In this document: piece after piece, positions 45,897-46,665 of the stretch
How the letters are laid out: every line of letters starts with the position of its first letter
Position numbering within the stretch: position 1 is the stretch's first letter
DNA from: a virus
Lineage: Duplodnaviria; Caudoviricetes
Reading direction: 5' to 3' (one strand)
DNA length: 46,665 nucleotides
Virus record (IMG/VR): IMGVR_UViG_3300022173_000056
Location: 1 to 46,665 of that record
The notes under the pieces: generated by a model
What the model was told of the DNA's origin: nothing
The model's input: the letters and a program-made list of their open reading frames with translations, nothing else
The model's database searches: none
Position numbers and translations under genes: made by a program

Positions 45897-46665
45897 ATGG
45901 CCGAAGATAATCCGTTTGGTCGCACGTATAATGCGATGCTCGATCCGAGTAAGCAGGGAACTATCACAGGCTTTATCGGAGGGCTCATGGGCTCTCCGAC
46001 ACAAAGTCAGGCTGCGGGTTCTGCGACTGGGGCGGCGCTGAAAGAACTATCAGCGCTTCGTGCTCAGGGACTTCCAGCACAAGATGCGATTATGCAGTGG
46101 TTTCAGACCCCGAGTGGTCAGGACTTCTTTTCGAACGCTGGCCCCGAAGGGATGAAGTCTCTTGCGGATGGCTTGTCAACTATGCAGGCTCCGACGCCGA
46201 CGCTTAACAACGTCGCAGAAGGTGGACGGCTGTTTAGCACGAGCAACGGACAGACCACGATGGTTGGCGACAACCCGAAGCGATATCCGAACGCGACACT
46301 TGGTCCGCAAGATCAGCTCGTGGATGCACAGGGAAATAAACTTGCAGAGAACACGAACGTTAAGGGTGATGAACCGGCTGATGTGCGTAGTTTCAAGTTC
46401 TTCGCGAACATCGCCAAGTTGCCTCGTGCTGAGATCGAGCGGATCGCGAAGCTGAAAGCTGATCCGACCAGCAAGGACCCGAACAGCGTGAAGGCTGCGG
46501 CGATTGAAGAGCTTGCAAGTAAGTATGGGCTCGATCCCCGCACTGCCGAAGCACTTAAAGCTGATCTTATCACTATCATCCCGCTCAAGAACGAGATCGG
46601 TCAGGACACTGGCGATATCTCGATCTATGACAAGTCAAACCCTGCGGCTGGTGCCCAGATCATCT
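45897..46665 (+). CDS. Internal virion/ejection protein, N-terminal part (continues at 1..1020; about 552 aa in total)
   Basis: ATG at 45897 directly after the TAA of the previous gene; open to the end and in frame with ORF 307..1020 through the overlap; lies among putative ejection proteins. Confidence 0.7.
   Translation, partial: MAEDNPFGRTYNAMLDPSKQGTITGFIGGLMGSPTQSQAAGSATGAALKELSALRAQGLPAQDAIMQWFQTPSGQDFFSNAGPEGMKSLADGLSTMQAPTPTLNNVAEGGRLFSTSNGQTTMVGDNPKRYPNATLGPQDQLVDAQGNKLAENTNVKGDEPADVRSFKFFANIAKLPRAEIERIAKLKADPTSKDPNSVKAAAIEELASKYGLDPRTAEALKADLITIIPLKNEIGQDTGDISIYDKSNPAAGAQII
46539..46664. repeat. Terminal direct repeat, copy 2
   Basis: Identical to 4-129; implies a circular unit of about 46,535 bp. 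Confidence 0.95.

Overview
The window is an essentially complete, circularly permuted dsDNA phage genome of about 46.5 kb. Positions 4-129 are repeated at 46539-46664 as an assembly overlap, and one gene runs across the join. It has podovirus-type architecture in three blocks. (1) A + strand late block (27.6-46.6 kb, wrapping to 5.5 kb): RepA/AAA_25-type helicase, small and large terminase, portal, scaffold, major capsid, adaptor, tail/nozzle, fibres, internal (ejection) proteins and lysis cassette. (2) A - strand replication/nucleotide block (5.6-19.8 kb): PD-(D/E)XK nuclease, Sak4-like ATPase, SSB-like protein, a family A DNA polymerase split into UDG-exonuclease and polymerase genes, a metallophosphoesterase and an NDT-like/dNTP-diphosphohydrolase fusion. 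(3) A + strand early/host-takeover block (20-26.5 kb): DoxX, HhH glycosylase-like protein, T7 gp0.7-like kinase, SprT-like protease. I found no integrase, repressor, RNA polymerase, primase or tRNA. GANTC avoidance, RegR-type boxes and the lysin family point to an alphaproteobacterial host (inference). The strongest unexplained signal is a 12-bp palindrome, KYGTTTAAACRM, found 23 times by hand. It is written into coding sequence with rare codons, becomes denser toward 27.4 kb and then stops abruptly. Other candidates are a promoter-bounded anti-Shine-Dalgarno-type small RNA after the lysis genes and a repeated hairpin-plus-palindrome module. All family assignments come from motif recognition, not database searches.
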